DNA of 64,000 bases from a virus. Shown here in pieces: positions 1 to 10,388 of the stretch; positions within the stretch are counted from its first letter, which is position 1, and each line of letters begins with the position of its first letter. The notes under the pieces are model-generated. The model ran no database searches. It saw only the letters and a list, made by a program, of their open reading frames with translations, and had not been told where the DNA came from. The DNA is taken from IMG/VR virus record IMGVR_UViG_3300027878_000003, positions 2,992 through 66,991 of that record; one strand, given 5' to 3'. The position numbers and the translations under genes are program-made.

Positions 1-3000
1 TATGCCTCAGTGATAGCCTGTTGCGCTTTGATTTGCAGGTCTGCATCAATCTTGGTGCTGGTTGCCAGCATTCGATAGCGGGCGATCGCTTCATCCGAGG
101 TGATCAGTCCCATCTGCTGCTGCTGCGCCGTAAAGTCTAAAACTTCCTGCGCCTTTAATCTGAGTTGGTCTGCCGCGCCGCTGTTTTCAGACAGCATTTT
201 CTGGACAGAAGTAGCAGCAGAACTCGCCTTACTAGCGATTTGGTCGTAAGCGCTGCCCAACTCCGCCAGATCAGGGGGCTTAATAGTGGCATTATCTTCC
301 CACGATCGCTTCAGCTCTTTTGCCTGTTCAATCAGTTGGGATTGAGCAATTTTATGAGCTTCTGTCGGAGCCTTTTGCGCTTCTAGCCCCGCAATAACGG
401 CATCGGCTTCAGCCTTACGGGCATCAATAATTTCCTTGGTTTTATCAATATCTTTTTGGATCGCAGCCACTGCGGCATCATCGCCCTTAGCACGAGCTGC
501 CGCCTGGGCATTATTCAGTTCCATTAACTTCTTCCGCTCAGCCGTGACTTCAGTCGTAGACTTCGCCATCTGAGCAAGCTTAGTCTGAGCATCTTCCATT
601 GTTTTGGTGTAGCCTTCAATCTCACCATTGAGTTGAGATTCTGCTGCACTTTGGGTGAACTGGGGCGGCTGGGAGAGGAAGTCCCAGACTGTTTTAACAC
701 CTTCACCAAACCGACCGAGCAAGTCTAGGACAGGCTGGAAAAAAGCCTTAACTGGGGCAAGCGCTTGCCCCATCGCATTGCCCAATCCCTCGATCCCTTG
801 GATTAGATTGCCAATGACTGGCATACTTTTCAACCCATTCCACACAGATGAAAGCGCCGAACCAAACTGCTCTGCCGCAGTTCTCACCCAGATGAAAGGA
901 TTGATGAGCGAAGCGATTGTTTTAGCAACGAAGTTCAAGGAATTTCGCAGAAATTCCATAAACCCACCAATCATTCCCTGTTCTTTTTTAATTTCTCCTA
1001 ATCGTTCCTCAGCACGGTCTTTACCCGTGTCGATCGCTGATGCCTTTTGCTGCGATGCCAGCAGTAAATTAAGTTTGTCTGTAGCTTCCTGGGTTGCTGC
1101 TGCAAAGTCCTGTGAACTCTTGGTAGAAGCGTCCATCAGTGTGGTGTAGGTGCCTACAGCTTGGGTGACCGCAAAGATCGCTCCCACCATCAGAATCATC
1201 GGACCAATATCAGCCATGATGGTTTTGAACGAACCGACCAGATTGGCTTTAAGAGCAGTTCCTGCCGCGATCGCCCCAGTCTTAACAGAGCCAAGTCCAT
1301 CCACCATGCCGCTCCAGCTCATGCTTTTAGCGCTGGTTTTGAGCGCTTCAAAGCTGCCAACGGTCTTAGTTTTAATCGTGTCCCCCAGATCGGAGAAACG
1401 TTGCCCGACCGTAGGGGGTGGACCCATATTGGCAAGCTCAACATCCATGTCAGCTAGTTTCTTCACATGGGTTTGGCGCGACTCGACCATTTCATCCATG
1501 TCTGCCTGAATCGCTTGCTTTTGCGCCTCTAGGTCGAAATCTGAATCGCTTGAAAGGAATGGATTGCCTCTATCTGGCTCCGGCTCCAATCGTGCCTTTG
1601 CCTCCATTTCAGCCAATGTTTTAATTTGAGCCTGCCGTTCAGCAACCATCTCATCTAGCTCAACCTGAGCTGCCTTCTGCTGCTCTATCAGCTCATGAAC
1701 ATTGGAATCTGAGGCTGGGGACGGGTCTGACATCGACTCATCGAAGGCAACTGCAACCTGATCTGACAGAGATTGAATTTGTTGCTTACGTTCAAGGATT
1801 GCTGCTTGGTAGGCTCCAGACTGCTCTGCAAGGTTGCTTTTAAGGTCCGCCGTCCGTTGCTTTTCCTGTCGCTTCTCATCTCGGTCGTCAATTTGCTGAC
1901 TCAGTTGCTCAATTTGAGCAGTTCGTTGCTCGATCGCCTGGTCGTATAGTTCAGCTTGATCTGCCAAATGAGATCTCAAAGCTGCCGCTGCTTTAGGCAG
2001 CTCTTTCTGGTAAGACTTCGCCTCCATTTCAGACAATGTTTGAAATTGAGCCTGTCGTTCAGCAACTATCTCATCTAGCTCAACTTGAGCTGCCTTCTGC
2101 TGCTCTATCAGCTCATGAAGATTGGAATCTGAAGCTGGGGACGGGTCTGACATCGACTCATCGAAGGCAACTGCAACCTGATCTGACAGAGATTGAATTT
2201 GTTGCTTGCGTTCAAGGATTGCCGCTTCGTAGGCTTCAGACTGTTCTTCAAGGCTTTTTCTAAGTACCTCTGTCTGCCTCTTCTCTCCCATATCAACCAT
2301 ATCAAGAAACGACGAGAAGGTTACTGATGTTGACTTAATCCCCTCGGAAAACGAACTGACCCCGGCTGTCGCGGTTGCCCAAAAACTAGCGATCGCTGCG
2401 GTTGCAGTTCCAGCAAAAGCCTGAGCCATTGCCAAGACTTGAGGAATTAGCCCAGCTTTAATCGCTACTCCTAGTCCAGCTAAGACACCCGTTGCCACCA
2501 CAAAAGGGTTAGTCAGGAATGTCCAGATGGCAGCGCCAACATTCTGAAGGATTTTCCCCATCTCCTCCAAGGTTCTCATGAAGTTTTTGTTATTCAGGAT
2601 GAACTTATCTAGAACAAAAAACAATGCAAAGATAGAGGCTCCTATCAAGCCAAAGGCGAGCATTTGTTTTCTTGTTGCTAATGCGACTTGTTTAGAAACC
2701 TCTGCAAATTTTTCATTAAAGAAAGTAGCGTTTTTTATGTTCTCAATATAGGGTTTTACAGAGTCCGACGCATCTCTCATGCCTTGAGCCAAAGGCTTGA
2801 AGATGCCGCCCATAAAATTAGAATTTTCAACCACGTCCGCGAGGCTATTGATGCTGCCGTGAGTTTTTTTAGCAAATTCCACAACCGCCTCTCCAGCAGG
2901 GGCAAAGTTCTTGCTGAAGGCAACAGTCTGCATCGCCACGCCAGCGATCTTAGGAAGAAATTGTTGAATCAGAGGAGCCAAACTGCCAAATCTTCTTTCC

Positions 3001-4871
3001 AGAAGTCTGGCAATACCCGGAATCATCTCCATGTTTTTTCCCAATGACAGGAAAGCCGCAGCGCCAGGACCAATCTGCTTGGACAAAGAGAAGAATCCCT
3101 TAACCAAATTGGCGGTTCTGCCTTGCATCAGGAACAAAACTTCTCCCACCCCTGGCAGGATTTTCAACACCGAACCAAAGCCGTAGCTCATCCCAGAGAT
3201 TGCAGCTTGCAGGACTTTTGCCTGAATTGCAAGCTTGAAGAGCGGTCCTCCCATGACGGAGACATGTTTGATGATTTGACCCAAGACGTTAATCGCTGAC
3301 TGAAGGATAGGCAGCAAGCCTTGAATCGAATCAGCTATCTGTGTGACAAGGCTGGCAATTGAATCAACCAGGTAAGTCGGAACTTGGCTGAGAATAGGAA
3401 TTATGGCTTGATACACAGCCATGAACGCAGCCAGCATAGATTCTCCGGCTGTGAAAAGCGTTTGAACAATCTTTGAGATCTCATCAGACAACACCTGCAT
3501 GTTCTCTTTGAGATAGTTATAGAAATTGTTGAGATGCGCGACGATCGGTTCTAGCAAAGGCTCTCCAGCTTTGCGCCCAATCTCATCAAAAATTTCCTGA
3601 ATGTTTGAGGTCACACCAGAAATAGTTTGCGCTGCCAGGGCGTTACCTGCTTTGAACGCCTCCATCCTTTTTGTTAGCTGTGCGAACGTCGTTCCGCTTG
3701 CCTTCCAGCTCGTCACCATCGCGTTGGTAATGCCCAGCGATTTTGCCAGGACGCTGTTCATGTCGATTGTGCCGGACGCAATACTGGTAATTTCCTGTCT
3801 CGCCTGATTTAAAGGCAAATTCATCGTTCCCATCGTCGCAGCGAACGAAAGAGTTAAGTCACTGGCTTGGGATAAAGAAATACCAATTTGAGATGCCTGT
3901 CCTGCAACAATCTGGAACGTATCAACGAGCTGTCCGCTGGTGACTCCTACCAACTCCAAAGAACCTTTTCTAATCCGGGCGATCGCGTCATTAACCGAAC
4001 CGCTTAAGGCTTGAATTGCGGTGGTCGGATCTTTAATCTGCTGCCCTTCCAGGAAGATTTTATTAGTTGACACCAGGCTGGACTGAGTAGCCAGCAATTG
4101 CTCTCGCAGCCTCACGTTCTGCCCGATCAGCATATCAAAGGGACCGCCCAAGACTGCGCCCTTTAGCGTCTCAAAGACAGACGACAAAACAGTGAATCGA
4201 CCGAGCGTATTGTTAATAGAGTCTACGACTCCAGTGGTGGCATTTTGGATGTCGCTGAAAATACTCAAAGGCTCACCTATGCCTGCAAGTCCTCCAGCAA
4301 GGTTGCCTACAGAGCCAACCGCATTACCAATTACTGCAACCTTCCCAGACTTGGCGATCGCTTTTTCAACAAATCCGTCAAAGGCATCTAGAGAAGAAGA
4401 CAATTGCGTCTTAAATGAGGCTGTCAATCCTTCTCCCAACACCTGTCCAAGACCTGAGCCGATCTTTGCCGACTTGCCCTCTAGTCCTACGAATGTTTCT
4501 AACGCAGGGGTCAGTGCTTTCGCTGTGTTTTTTAGCCCTTCGCTTAAAGACGTTGTGGCATACAGGGCATCATTTGCATTATTTTCGATCGCTGTGAATA
4601 ATGCGACCCCAGCATCAGATCTCACCAAGCCTTGAACGAAGTCAATAGCCTGAGCAATGTTATTAATTCTGCCAAGAACAGCATCTAGCGTTGAGGTTGT
4701 AGATTTAGAGATAGAGGCAGAGAAATCAGAGAATGACTTTGACAAGTCAGAAACTTTATCGCCTAAATCTTGGACAAGCTTTTCAGCATTTTTGAAGACA
4801 TCAGCAGATTTGTCGGTTGCCTTGATAATAATATTGACGGAGCTTTCGGCGTTTCCAGGACTGGAGTACAT
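1..4871 (-). CDS. Tape-measure-like protein, >1600 aa, runs off the window end
   Basis: ATG at 4871 overlaps the upstream TAA (TAATG). Frame spot-checked near 3800-3990 and at the window edge, not read in full. Ala/Gly/Ile-rich helical sequence (LVGVTSGQLVDTFQIV..QARQEITSI..LAKSLGIT). Absent from the ORF track, consistent with no stop in the window. Confidence 0.75.
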   Translation of the reverse strand, partial: MYSSPGNAESSVNIIIKATDKSADVFKNAEKLVQDLGDKVSDLSKSFSDFSASISKSTTSTLDAVLGRINNIAQAIDFVQGLVRSDAGVALFTAIENNANDALYATTSLSEGLKNTAKALTPALETFVGLEGKSAKIGSGLGQVLGEGLTASFKTQLSSSLDAFDGFVEKAIAKSGKVAVIGNAVGSVGNLAGGLAGIGEPLSIFSDIQNATTGVVDSINNTLGRFTVLSSVFETLKGAVLGGPFDMLIGQNVRLREQLLATQSSLVSTNKIFLEGQQIKDPTTAIQALSGSVNDAIARIRKGSLELVGVTSGQLVDTFQIVAGQASQIGISLSQASDLTLSFAATMGTMNLPLNQARQEITSIASGTIDMNSVLAKSLGITNAMVTSWKASGTTFAQLTKRMEAFKAGNALAAQTISGVTSNIQEIFDEIGRKAGEPLLEPIVAHLNNFYNYLKENMQVLSDEISKIVQTLFTAGESMLAAFMAVYQAIIPILSQVPTYLVDSIASLVTQIADSIQGLLPILQSAINVLGQIIKHVSVMGGPLFKLAIQAKVLQAAISGMSYGFGSVLKILPGVGEVLFLMQGRTANLVKGFFSLSKQIGPGAAAFLSLGKNMEMIPGIARLLERRFGSLAPLIQQFLPKIAGVAMQTVAFSKNFAPAGEAVVEFAKKTHGSINSLADVVENSNFMGGIFKPLAQGMRDASDSVKPYIENIKNATFFNEKFAEVSKQVALATRKQMLAFGLIGASIFALFFVLDKFILNNKNFMRTLEEMGKILQNVGAAIWTFLTNPFVVATGVLAGLGVAIKAGLIPQVLAMAQAFAGTATAAIASFWATATAGVSSFSEGIKSTSVTFSSFLDMVDMGEKRQTEVLRKSLEEQSEAYEAAILERKQQIQSLSDQVAVAFDESMSDPSPASDSNLHELIEQQKAAQVELDEIVAERQAQFQTLSEMEAKSYQKELPKAAAALRSHLADQAELYDQAIEQRTAQIEQLSQQIDDRDEKRQEKQRTADLKSNLAEQSGAYQAAILERKQQIQSLSDQVAVAFDESMSDPSPASDSNVHELIEQQKAAQVELDEMVAERQAQIKTLAEMEAKARLEPEPDRGNPFLSSDSDFDLEAQKQAIQADMDEMVESRQTHVKKLADMDVELANMGPPPTVGQRFSDLGDTIKTKTVGSFEALKTSAKSMSWSGMVDGLGSVKTGAIAAGTALKANLVGSFKTIMADIGPMILMVGAIFAVTQAVGTYTTLMDASTKSSQDFAAATQEATDKLNLLLASQQKASAIDTGKDRAEERLGEIKKEQGMIGGFMEFLRNSLNFVAKTIASLINPFIWVRTAAEQFGSALSSVWNGLKSMPVIGNLIQGIEGLGNAMGQALAPVKAFFQPVLDLLGRFGEGVKTVWDFLSQPPQFTQSAAESQLNGEIEGYTKTMEDAQTKLAQMAKSTTEVTAERKKLMELNNAQAAARAKGDDAAVAAIQKDIDKTKEIIDARKAEADAVIAGLEAQKAPTEAHKIAQSQLIEQAKELKRSWEDNATIKPPDLAELGSAYDQIASKASSAATSVQKMLSENSGAADQLRLKAQEVLDFTAQQQQMGLITSDEAIARYRMLATSTKIDADLQIKAQQAITEA
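1600..2262. repeat. Two near-identical ~240-bp direct repeats, 420 bp apart, inside the tape-measure gene
   Basis: 1600-1842 aligns with 2020-2262; the offset is a multiple of 3. Confidence 0.9.
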
Positions 4872-6802
4872 TACTGATCTCCTTCAGGATTCTTCTTCTT
4901 ACGAGCCTTTTTAGGTTTGACTTCTGGCTCTGCCCAAGGATCGTCGTCGTCTGTAGCTGGGTCGGGGTTTTTCGGTTCCGCCGCTTTGCGAGCTTTTCTA
5001 GGTGGAGCGGTGTATAGCCCAGTTGGCTCCGGCTTAGGTTTTGAGGCTCTTGGAGTGGTTGCTTTTGGTTTAGCCTTTGAGGCTGTCAATCTAGGCTCAT
5101 AATTCTCTTCCTCTTCCTCTGGCTCCACGACAGGCTTAGCCCTAGATCGAGTTGCTTTGGGCTTTGGCTCCGCTGCGGATTCCTGTTTCTTGGTTTTGCG
5201 CCCCAACAGACTGGAGTCGTAATACCCAAACGATTCCCGAATATGCCGCCGTGCTTCAGGGTCACTGAGATAATCCTCAACCTCTCCCCCCTTGACCGTA
5301 GAAATCCACTTGGGGCGATACTTAGGAAGAATTGAGAAGGGATCTTTGGAAGACGTAATGGTTGAGATATTCTGATTCATTCTCTTAGTCGTCCGAGTCT
5401 TACCCTTCTCGTCCACTCCGGGCTTTGTGATGCCAAAATCGGGGGTGCCCATCATGACGACGTTAATGCGAGAAGAAATATCGCTGCCTTTAATGCCGCT
5501 TCCATCTGGAGGTCGCATCCGCTCCAGAATTTCCAGGGCTTCATTCGTCACGTTGCCGCCCGCTCCGTGAGCCAGGATGTTGAGAGGTTTGTCCTTATAG
5601 GCAGAGCCATGAGCATATAGCTGAGCCGCCAAATCAACAGCAGCCTGGTTTCTACCTTTTTTGGTATTACTTAAATACTTTCCGAACTGACCTTTAACAT
5701 GATCAAGTAGGTATCTTGGGTTGTAATTCCCGGCTGCATCCCGCTTCTGATGTGGCGATAGCGGTACATCAAAATCAGCACTCTTCAAGGGAATAACGTG
5801 ATTATGTTGTGTCAGCCAATCTTCTTCACTATCGTCTTCTAGCGGGGCTAAGTGGCTTTTAATATCTGCCCATTTAGCGACTGGAGCTTGAGAGAATCCA
5901 TCCACCGTGAACATGATGTTATCTTTTTCAACCTCTTCAACAGGAAGTCTTCTCGCCTGCTGAACTGCCATCCGAGCTGACTCTTGAAAGCCATCTCGAT
6001 ACCTGTCTTGACCTTTCCTGTATTCGGAAACTCCCTGGTTGATCAAGAATGCTCCAACGGTTAAAGCCGCGATTTGCGGAGTTGCACCGCCCAGCATTCG
6101 GGTGATCTTCTGGAGCTGCCCCCAGGTCGTCAGTGGGTTGCCAGGGATTGTGGCACTGGCGCTGCCTAGATAAGCATCCCGCTCTCGTCTGGCGCTTTGC
6201 TGTTTGTCCAGCGTCTTTCTCAAGCGATTCTGACTTTCAGGATCTTTCTCTACAGCCTGCAAGGTACTCACCAACTCAGCCTTGCTCATGTGATTGGCGC
6301 GATAGACACCCCGCTGCCGAGCCTCCTCCTGCAACTGTCGAATTGTCTTTTGGTCACGAGATTGTGCAGCTCCTTTAATCGCAGCCATTTGACCGGGGGT
6401 GGCAAATTCATCGCCTTCTAGCTCACAGGTATCGCCTGGTTCAATGCACGCATCGCCACAGCTCACACCCTTGACGCACTTATCAGCCTTGTCAGTCCTC
6501 GTTTCAGATGGGGCTAACGGCAGAATAGCGATTCGCGCCGACAGCTCCTCATCTAGATCCCCCAGCATTTTTTTAGCAATCTCAGGAGTAACGAGCTTGT
6601 AAGAAAGCTTGTTCTTGTTCCAGTTCAGTTCAAAGACAAGGCAGTCAGACCTCTGAAGGAAGATGCCTTTCAAGCCACTTTCGCCCTGCGGATAGAACCG
6701 AACAATCCGCACACCACTCCCCGCCACCCCCTCTAGAACGCTGGTGAGCATTTTGCGGAGCCGAAGGTCGGAGCTGGCACTGACAGGAGCGGCAGTAGGC
6801 AT
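4871..6802 (-). CDS. Multidomain putative virion cargo: shared N-domain, RTD+Cys4 motif, Rho-N/HeH-like, hydrophobic helix, degenerate alpha/beta hydrolase, basic tail
   Basis: RTDKADKCVKGVSCGDACIEPGDTC; KTIRQLQEEAR..MSKAELVSTL; LNILAHGAGG..VVMMGTP..DPF. Confidence 0.75.
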   Translation of the reverse strand: MPTAAPVSASSDLRLRKMLTSVLEGVAGSGVRIVRFYPQGESGLKGIFLQRSDCLVFELNWNKNKLSYKLVTPEIAKKMLGDLDEELSARIAILPLAPSETRTDKADKCVKGVSCGDACIEPGDTCELEGDEFATPGQMAAIKGAAQSRDQKTIRQLQEEARQRGVYRANHMSKAELVSTLQAVEKDPESQNRLRKTLDKQQSARRERDAYLGSASATIPGNPLTTWGQLQKITRMLGGATPQIAALTVGAFLINQGVSEYRKGQDRYRDGFQESARMAVQQARRLPVEEVEKDNIMFTVDGFSQAPVAKWADIKSHLAPLEDDSEEDWLTQHNHVIPLKSADFDVPLSPHQKRDAAGNYNPRYLLDHVKGQFGKYLSNTKKGRNQAAVDLAAQLYAHGSAYKDKPLNILAHGAGGNVTNEALEILERMRPPDGSGIKGSDISSRINVVMMGTPDFGITKPGVDEKGKTRTTKRMNQNISTITSSKDPFSILPKYRPKWISTVKGGEVEDYLSDPEARRHIRESFGYYDSSLLGRKTKKQESAAEPKPKATRSRAKPVVEPEEEEENYEPRLTASKAKPKATTPRASKPKPEPTGLYTAPPRKARKAAEPKNPDPATDDDDPWAEPEVKPKKARKKKNPEGDQ

Positions 6803-6827
6803 AGGGACTAAGGGATAGACTTTTGCC

Positions 6828-6837
6828 TAGAGTTCCC
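6828..6837 (-). promoter_or_regulatory. Putative late-promoter motif GGGAACTCTA
   Basis: About 25 nt upstream of the 6802 start; related motif precedes five other structural/packaging genes. Confidence 0.55.
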
Positions 6838-6883
6838 GATCGCCTAAGAGTGGGCACGGAGCCAGACCCCTACAACCCAAGAG

Positions 6884-6919
6884 TTTTAATCTGCTGGCGT
6901 ATACGCCAGCAGATTAAAA
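6884..6919. promoter_or_regulatory. Perfect 36-bp palindrome with parS-like core TGCTGGCGTATACGCCAGCA
   Basis: ttttaatctgctggcgta|tacgccagcagattaaaa; core recurs five more times in the window. Confidence 0.7.
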
Positions 6920-7612
6920 AGCGCCAGCACCAAGGCTTGCCACCATAATCCCCGCATTCTCGTAAAACCCCCCCCGCTGCTCGATCGCATAACCACCCAG
7001 CAACAGCGCCAGCCATACCTTCACCAATGGCATCCCCAACTGCTGCTGCAACTCCAGCAGTGACAACGAATCATGTCCCAAAAACACTGCCCCGATCGCC
7101 CCCAACCACTGCGATACATCTTCATCGTGGGACACCCCGATCGCCAGATCAAACGCCTCCGCCTCACTCAGCTCAGGATGTTGCTCCAGGCGTTGATCTA
7201 ACTCTGCCAAAAGTGCAGCTTTGTCCAACAGACCCACTACCGTACCTGTTGGAGTAGCGCGAGGTTGGCGATCGCTCGGATATTGCACTGGCTCTGGATC
7301 TTCAAACAGATCGCCCAGATGTAGAGACTGCGATTGGACAAACAAATCGCTCTCTTCCTCCAGATTGACCAAAGGCTCTTGGGGATTATGCTGCTGCTCC
7401 CAGCCAGCCATCAGCAGTTCAGCTTTAGCCGCGTACACCTCCGAAATTTGCCGCAGCGATTCTCCGGCAATCTCCAACTGCGCCTGCACCGAGCGATCGC
7501 GGATCTCCCCCTCCAGCGCATCACACAGATGTTGCATGTCCGCCGTTTGAGGATATTGAATTGCCGCTTCTAGCGATTGAAACAAGTCCAGCTCTAGCTG
7601 TTGCAGCTCCAT
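6914..7612 (-). CDS. Hypothetical cyanobacterial plasmid-type protein with possible C-terminal wHTH
   Basis: Start MELQQ overlaps the upstream stop; C-terminal LSLLELQQQLGMPLVKVWLALLLGG. Confidence 0.7.
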   Translation of the reverse strand: MELQQLELDLFQSLEAAIQYPQTADMQHLCDALEGEIRDRSVQAQLEIAGESLRQISEVYAAKAELLMAGWEQQHNPQEPLVNLEEESDLFVQSQSLHLGDLFEDPEPVQYPSDRQPRATPTGTVVGLLDKAALLAELDQRLEQHPELSEAEAFDLAIGVSHDEDVSQWLGAIGAVFLGHDSLSLLELQQQLGMPLVKVWLALLLGGYAIEQRGGFYENAGIMVASLGAGAF

Positions 7613-8121
7613 CAATTCTCCCCTGGATGCAGAGGGCAAGGGCGAATGGGGCACAGGATCGGCTTCAGCTCAACAGCATCCCGAAAACGCTCAACCTTAA
7701 CGCCCGCGCTGTTAGAGAATCCATCCAGGATGCGAACCAACAGAGTCCTAATCTGCAACTCCGACAGTCCCAACGTATGGACAGGCTCAATCATTGCCTT
7801 GCGCTTGCCATCTAGCCACAGTTCCGCACTCAACGCATGGAGCGGTGAATCTTTCGTCTCACGATACCAATGAACCACAGCCGCAGAACCAGACGGCACC
7901 TCAACTTTCAGCAGCTCAACCCGACTCCCAGATCTTCCATTACCCCGACGCTTCAGCCGTCGCTTCTCGTTGAGAACACCACGACGACGGTAGTGCGAGC
8001 GGCGATCGTAGCACCGCGCTGGGTTCCAGCAGTTGTCCTTCTCTTTCCCGTGGGCTAATTGAGCATCGATGCTTGATAGCTTGGAGCAAAGGCGGCACTT
8101 CTCGTTGATCTGTTGTGGCAT
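7612..8121 (-). CDS. Cys-rich hypothetical protein
   Basis: CRLC..CW...CYDRRSHY and C-terminal CPIRPCPLH; likely start MPQQ at 8121. Confidence 0.7.
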   Translation of the reverse strand: MPQQINEKCRLCSKLSSIDAQLAHGKEKDNCWNPARCYDRRSHYRRRGVLNEKRRLKRRGNGRSGSRVELLKVEVPSGSAAVVHWYRETKDSPLHALSAELWLDGKRKAMIEPVHTLGLSELQIRTLLVRILDGFSNSAGVKVERFRDAVELKPILCPIRPCPLHPGEN

Positions 8122-8234
8122 GGGTTCCTGGCTTCCAGACGGCTTATTATACCTGATGTAGTCCGGGATTAGTCCTAGTAAAGATAATAGATATTTATTT
8201 GCACTACAGGGCAGTTTTCTGATAAGGTACAGAC

Positions 8235-8918
8235 GTGCCAAATGCCTTTTTTGGACACTCGATCGCAGATAGCTTTGATTTCTGTACACCAATCAATCGG
8301 GAGAATATGAGACAGAACGATTACATTCAGGTTGGGTCTGGGTTGACCATTGCCAAGACATCAGTTGCGGCAGTTGGACCTCCCGTGTATCACGGGCTTT
8401 ACGATAGGGCAGTGTATGTAGTCTATTTACATTCAGGGAAAGAGTTCGAGATATTCGAGACACCCGAGATATCCGAGACATCAGAGACTAGCCATTCGAC
8501 CCCAAACCCAATCCCCGCAATGCCTCGTGTGGATTTCCTTTTCCAGCTCTACGATGTCATCGTAGACAAGGAGCAAACCAGGATGCTCTGGAAGTATTTC
8601 CGGGCGGCAGACATGGAGTCCGAAACTGAGGCGATTCCAGTGGAAGATCAGGTGGCAGCGCAAGAAGTTGTAGGGAGCACGGACGCTAAGCAGCAATTTG
8701 AGAGAAGCCTCGTCGAAGCAGAAGATCACATCAATATTTATAAGGATGGCGACCAGTGGTGTGCCTTACATGGCGTAAATCTTCAGGAGGGGACGGCGGG
8801 CTTTGGCGACACACCTGGCAAAGCGTTGCAACCTGTGAGTGAGGCACTGACATCAGCCTTCTTGGAATTTCGAGCCGCAGCGGAGAGGTTAGGTAATTCA
8901 GCAGAGGAGAAGTCATGA
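8235..8918 (+). CDS. Hypothetical phage protein
   Basis: 227-aa ORF, ATGA overlap with next gene; true start may be later. Confidence 0.6.
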   Translation: MPNAFFGHSIADSFDFCTPINRENMRQNDYIQVGSGLTIAKTSVAAVGPPVYHGLYDRAVYVVYLHSGKEFEIFETPEISETSETSHSTPNPIPAMPRVDFLFQLYDVIVDKEQTRMLWKYFRAADMESETEAIPVEDQVAAQEVVGSTDAKQQFERSLVEAEDHINIYKDGDQWCALHGVNLQEGTAGFGDTPGKALQPVSEALTSAFLEFRAAAERLGNSAEEKS

Positions 8919-9271
8919 GATCATTATTTGCTGCTGGCTACACAGAGCACAAGGCTCCTGATAACGAGCTGTGGATGGAGCTAGATCTCCAGATCTTAAC
9001 CCCAGTTAAGCTCTACTCCATGAAGCGGACTGTGCGTATGCCACTCTTAGAGTGGAAGGCTTTAGATTTAACGGAAGAATGGCTGTCCAACTGGGGCGTA
9101 AGATACGACCCAGGGGCAGAGGCGATCGCAAAACGTTCCGCGGACTTTGACAGGGTTCGAGTAAACGAGGGTATGTCTGAAGCGGTACAAGTCGTTGAGG
9201 ACAGGAAGGTTTCTTGGGATTCTCTGACATCAATGGCTATTAGAGATATCGCCAGCGCAATCCGCAAATAA
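8915..9271 (+). CDS. Hypothetical protein
   Basis: 118-aa ORF coupled to the upstream gene. Confidence 0.6.
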   Translation: MRSLFAAGYTEHKAPDNELWMELDLQILTPVKLYSMKRTVRMPLLEWKALDLTEEWLSNWGVRYDPGAEAIAKRSADFDRVRVNEGMSEAVQVVEDRKVSWDSLTSMAIRDIASAIRK

Positions 9272-9286
9272 ATTCCCTTTTAACCT

Positions 9287-10294
9287 ATGTCCCATCCATC
9301 ACCCCTCCCCACTATCAAAGTCGTCGGGCTACCATCCCCCACGATCGCCCGTCGTCAACGTCCACAGCAGACCGTTGACCTGCGTTGGCTCAAGGTCGAG
9401 GAATTCCTAAACTCTAGTTCCTTGTCTGTCAACTCGCGCAAGGTCTACTTTCGGGAGCTGACAAGGTTTGCCGAATGGCTACCGCTGAACTGGAGTGAGA
9501 TCAAGAGTCGCCATATTGCCAGCTACAAGCTCTTCCTTAAAGAAGAAGTTCAGACTCGCTCTGGCACCCCTCTCTCTCAAAGCAGCATCAACTGCGCGAT
9601 CGCCTCCGTCAAATCATTCTTTTCCTGGCTGATGCAGTCCTACCCCGAACTGGTCACCCATGACCCATGCCTCGGCGTGCGGTTCGAGAAGATCCCCCTT
9701 CCTCCAGCTCAGAATCTAAACGCGCAACAGGTCGAACAAGTCTGGGGTGTTCTCCCCCAGCTCGGTGAAACTCAGTTGCGCGATACTGCGCTGATTCACA
9801 TTCTCTTTCACGGTCTACGGGCTGGAGAAGTCGTGTCGCTGAACCTAGCAGCTTTTGACCAGAACATCTTGTTCCTGGCAGACACCAAGAACAATGAGCC
9901 ACGGTTGGTGCCTCTACTCAAGGCGGCGGCGGCGGCAATTCAAGCCTACCTGAACAGCCGGGAAGAGTTGGGTGAAGAAATGACTGGCGATCGCCCTCTA
10001 CTCCTATCCCACCACCATGGGCATCGTAGCGAGCGGTTGACCTACTTTGGGCTGAGTTATGCGATCGGGAAGATTGGGGACTTGGCGGGAGTGCCCGACC
10101 TGCATCCGCACCAGTTCCGGCATACCTATGCCACAGAGCTGTTGCTGAAGGGAGTTGATCCGACTCATGCCAGAAGATTGACGGGACATAGGAGCGATCA
10201 GTCGTTCAGGCGGTACACCCTGGCTGGAGAACAGCAGGCTGCAATGGATGCCTTTTACCGTGCCTACGAACCAGAGCGAGTTCATAGCGACTAA
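9287..10294 (+). CDS. Tyrosine recombinase (XerC/D-like)
   Basis: GLRAGE, TKN, HPHQFRHTYAT, LTGH, RRY catalytic motifs. Confidence 0.95.
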   Translation: MSHPSPLPTIKVVGLPSPTIARRQRPQQTVDLRWLKVEEFLNSSSLSVNSRKVYFRELTRFAEWLPLNWSEIKSRHIASYKLFLKEEVQTRSGTPLSQSSINCAIASVKSFFSWLMQSYPELVTHDPCLGVRFEKIPLPPAQNLNAQQVEQVWGVLPQLGETQLRDTALIHILFHGLRAGEVVSLNLAAFDQNILFLADTKNNEPRLVPLLKAAAAAIQAYLNSREELGEEMTGDRPLLLSHHHGHRSERLTYFGLSYAIGKIGDLAGVPDLHPHQFRHTYATELLLKGVDPTHARRLTGHRSDQSFRRYTLAGEQQAAMDAFYRAYEPERVHSD

Positions 10295-10388
10295 GGCTCC
10301 AAACAGCCGCTATTCCCCCGCTCTGCCCGACAGAACCCCCAAGCTCATCGGGCAGGGCATCAAATTTTGCCACTCTAATGCCGTGCTC

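Noticed and set aside
165-4914. Many short ORFs listed in the track
   Set aside because: Shadow or alternate-frame ORFs of the long minus-strand tape-measure gene.
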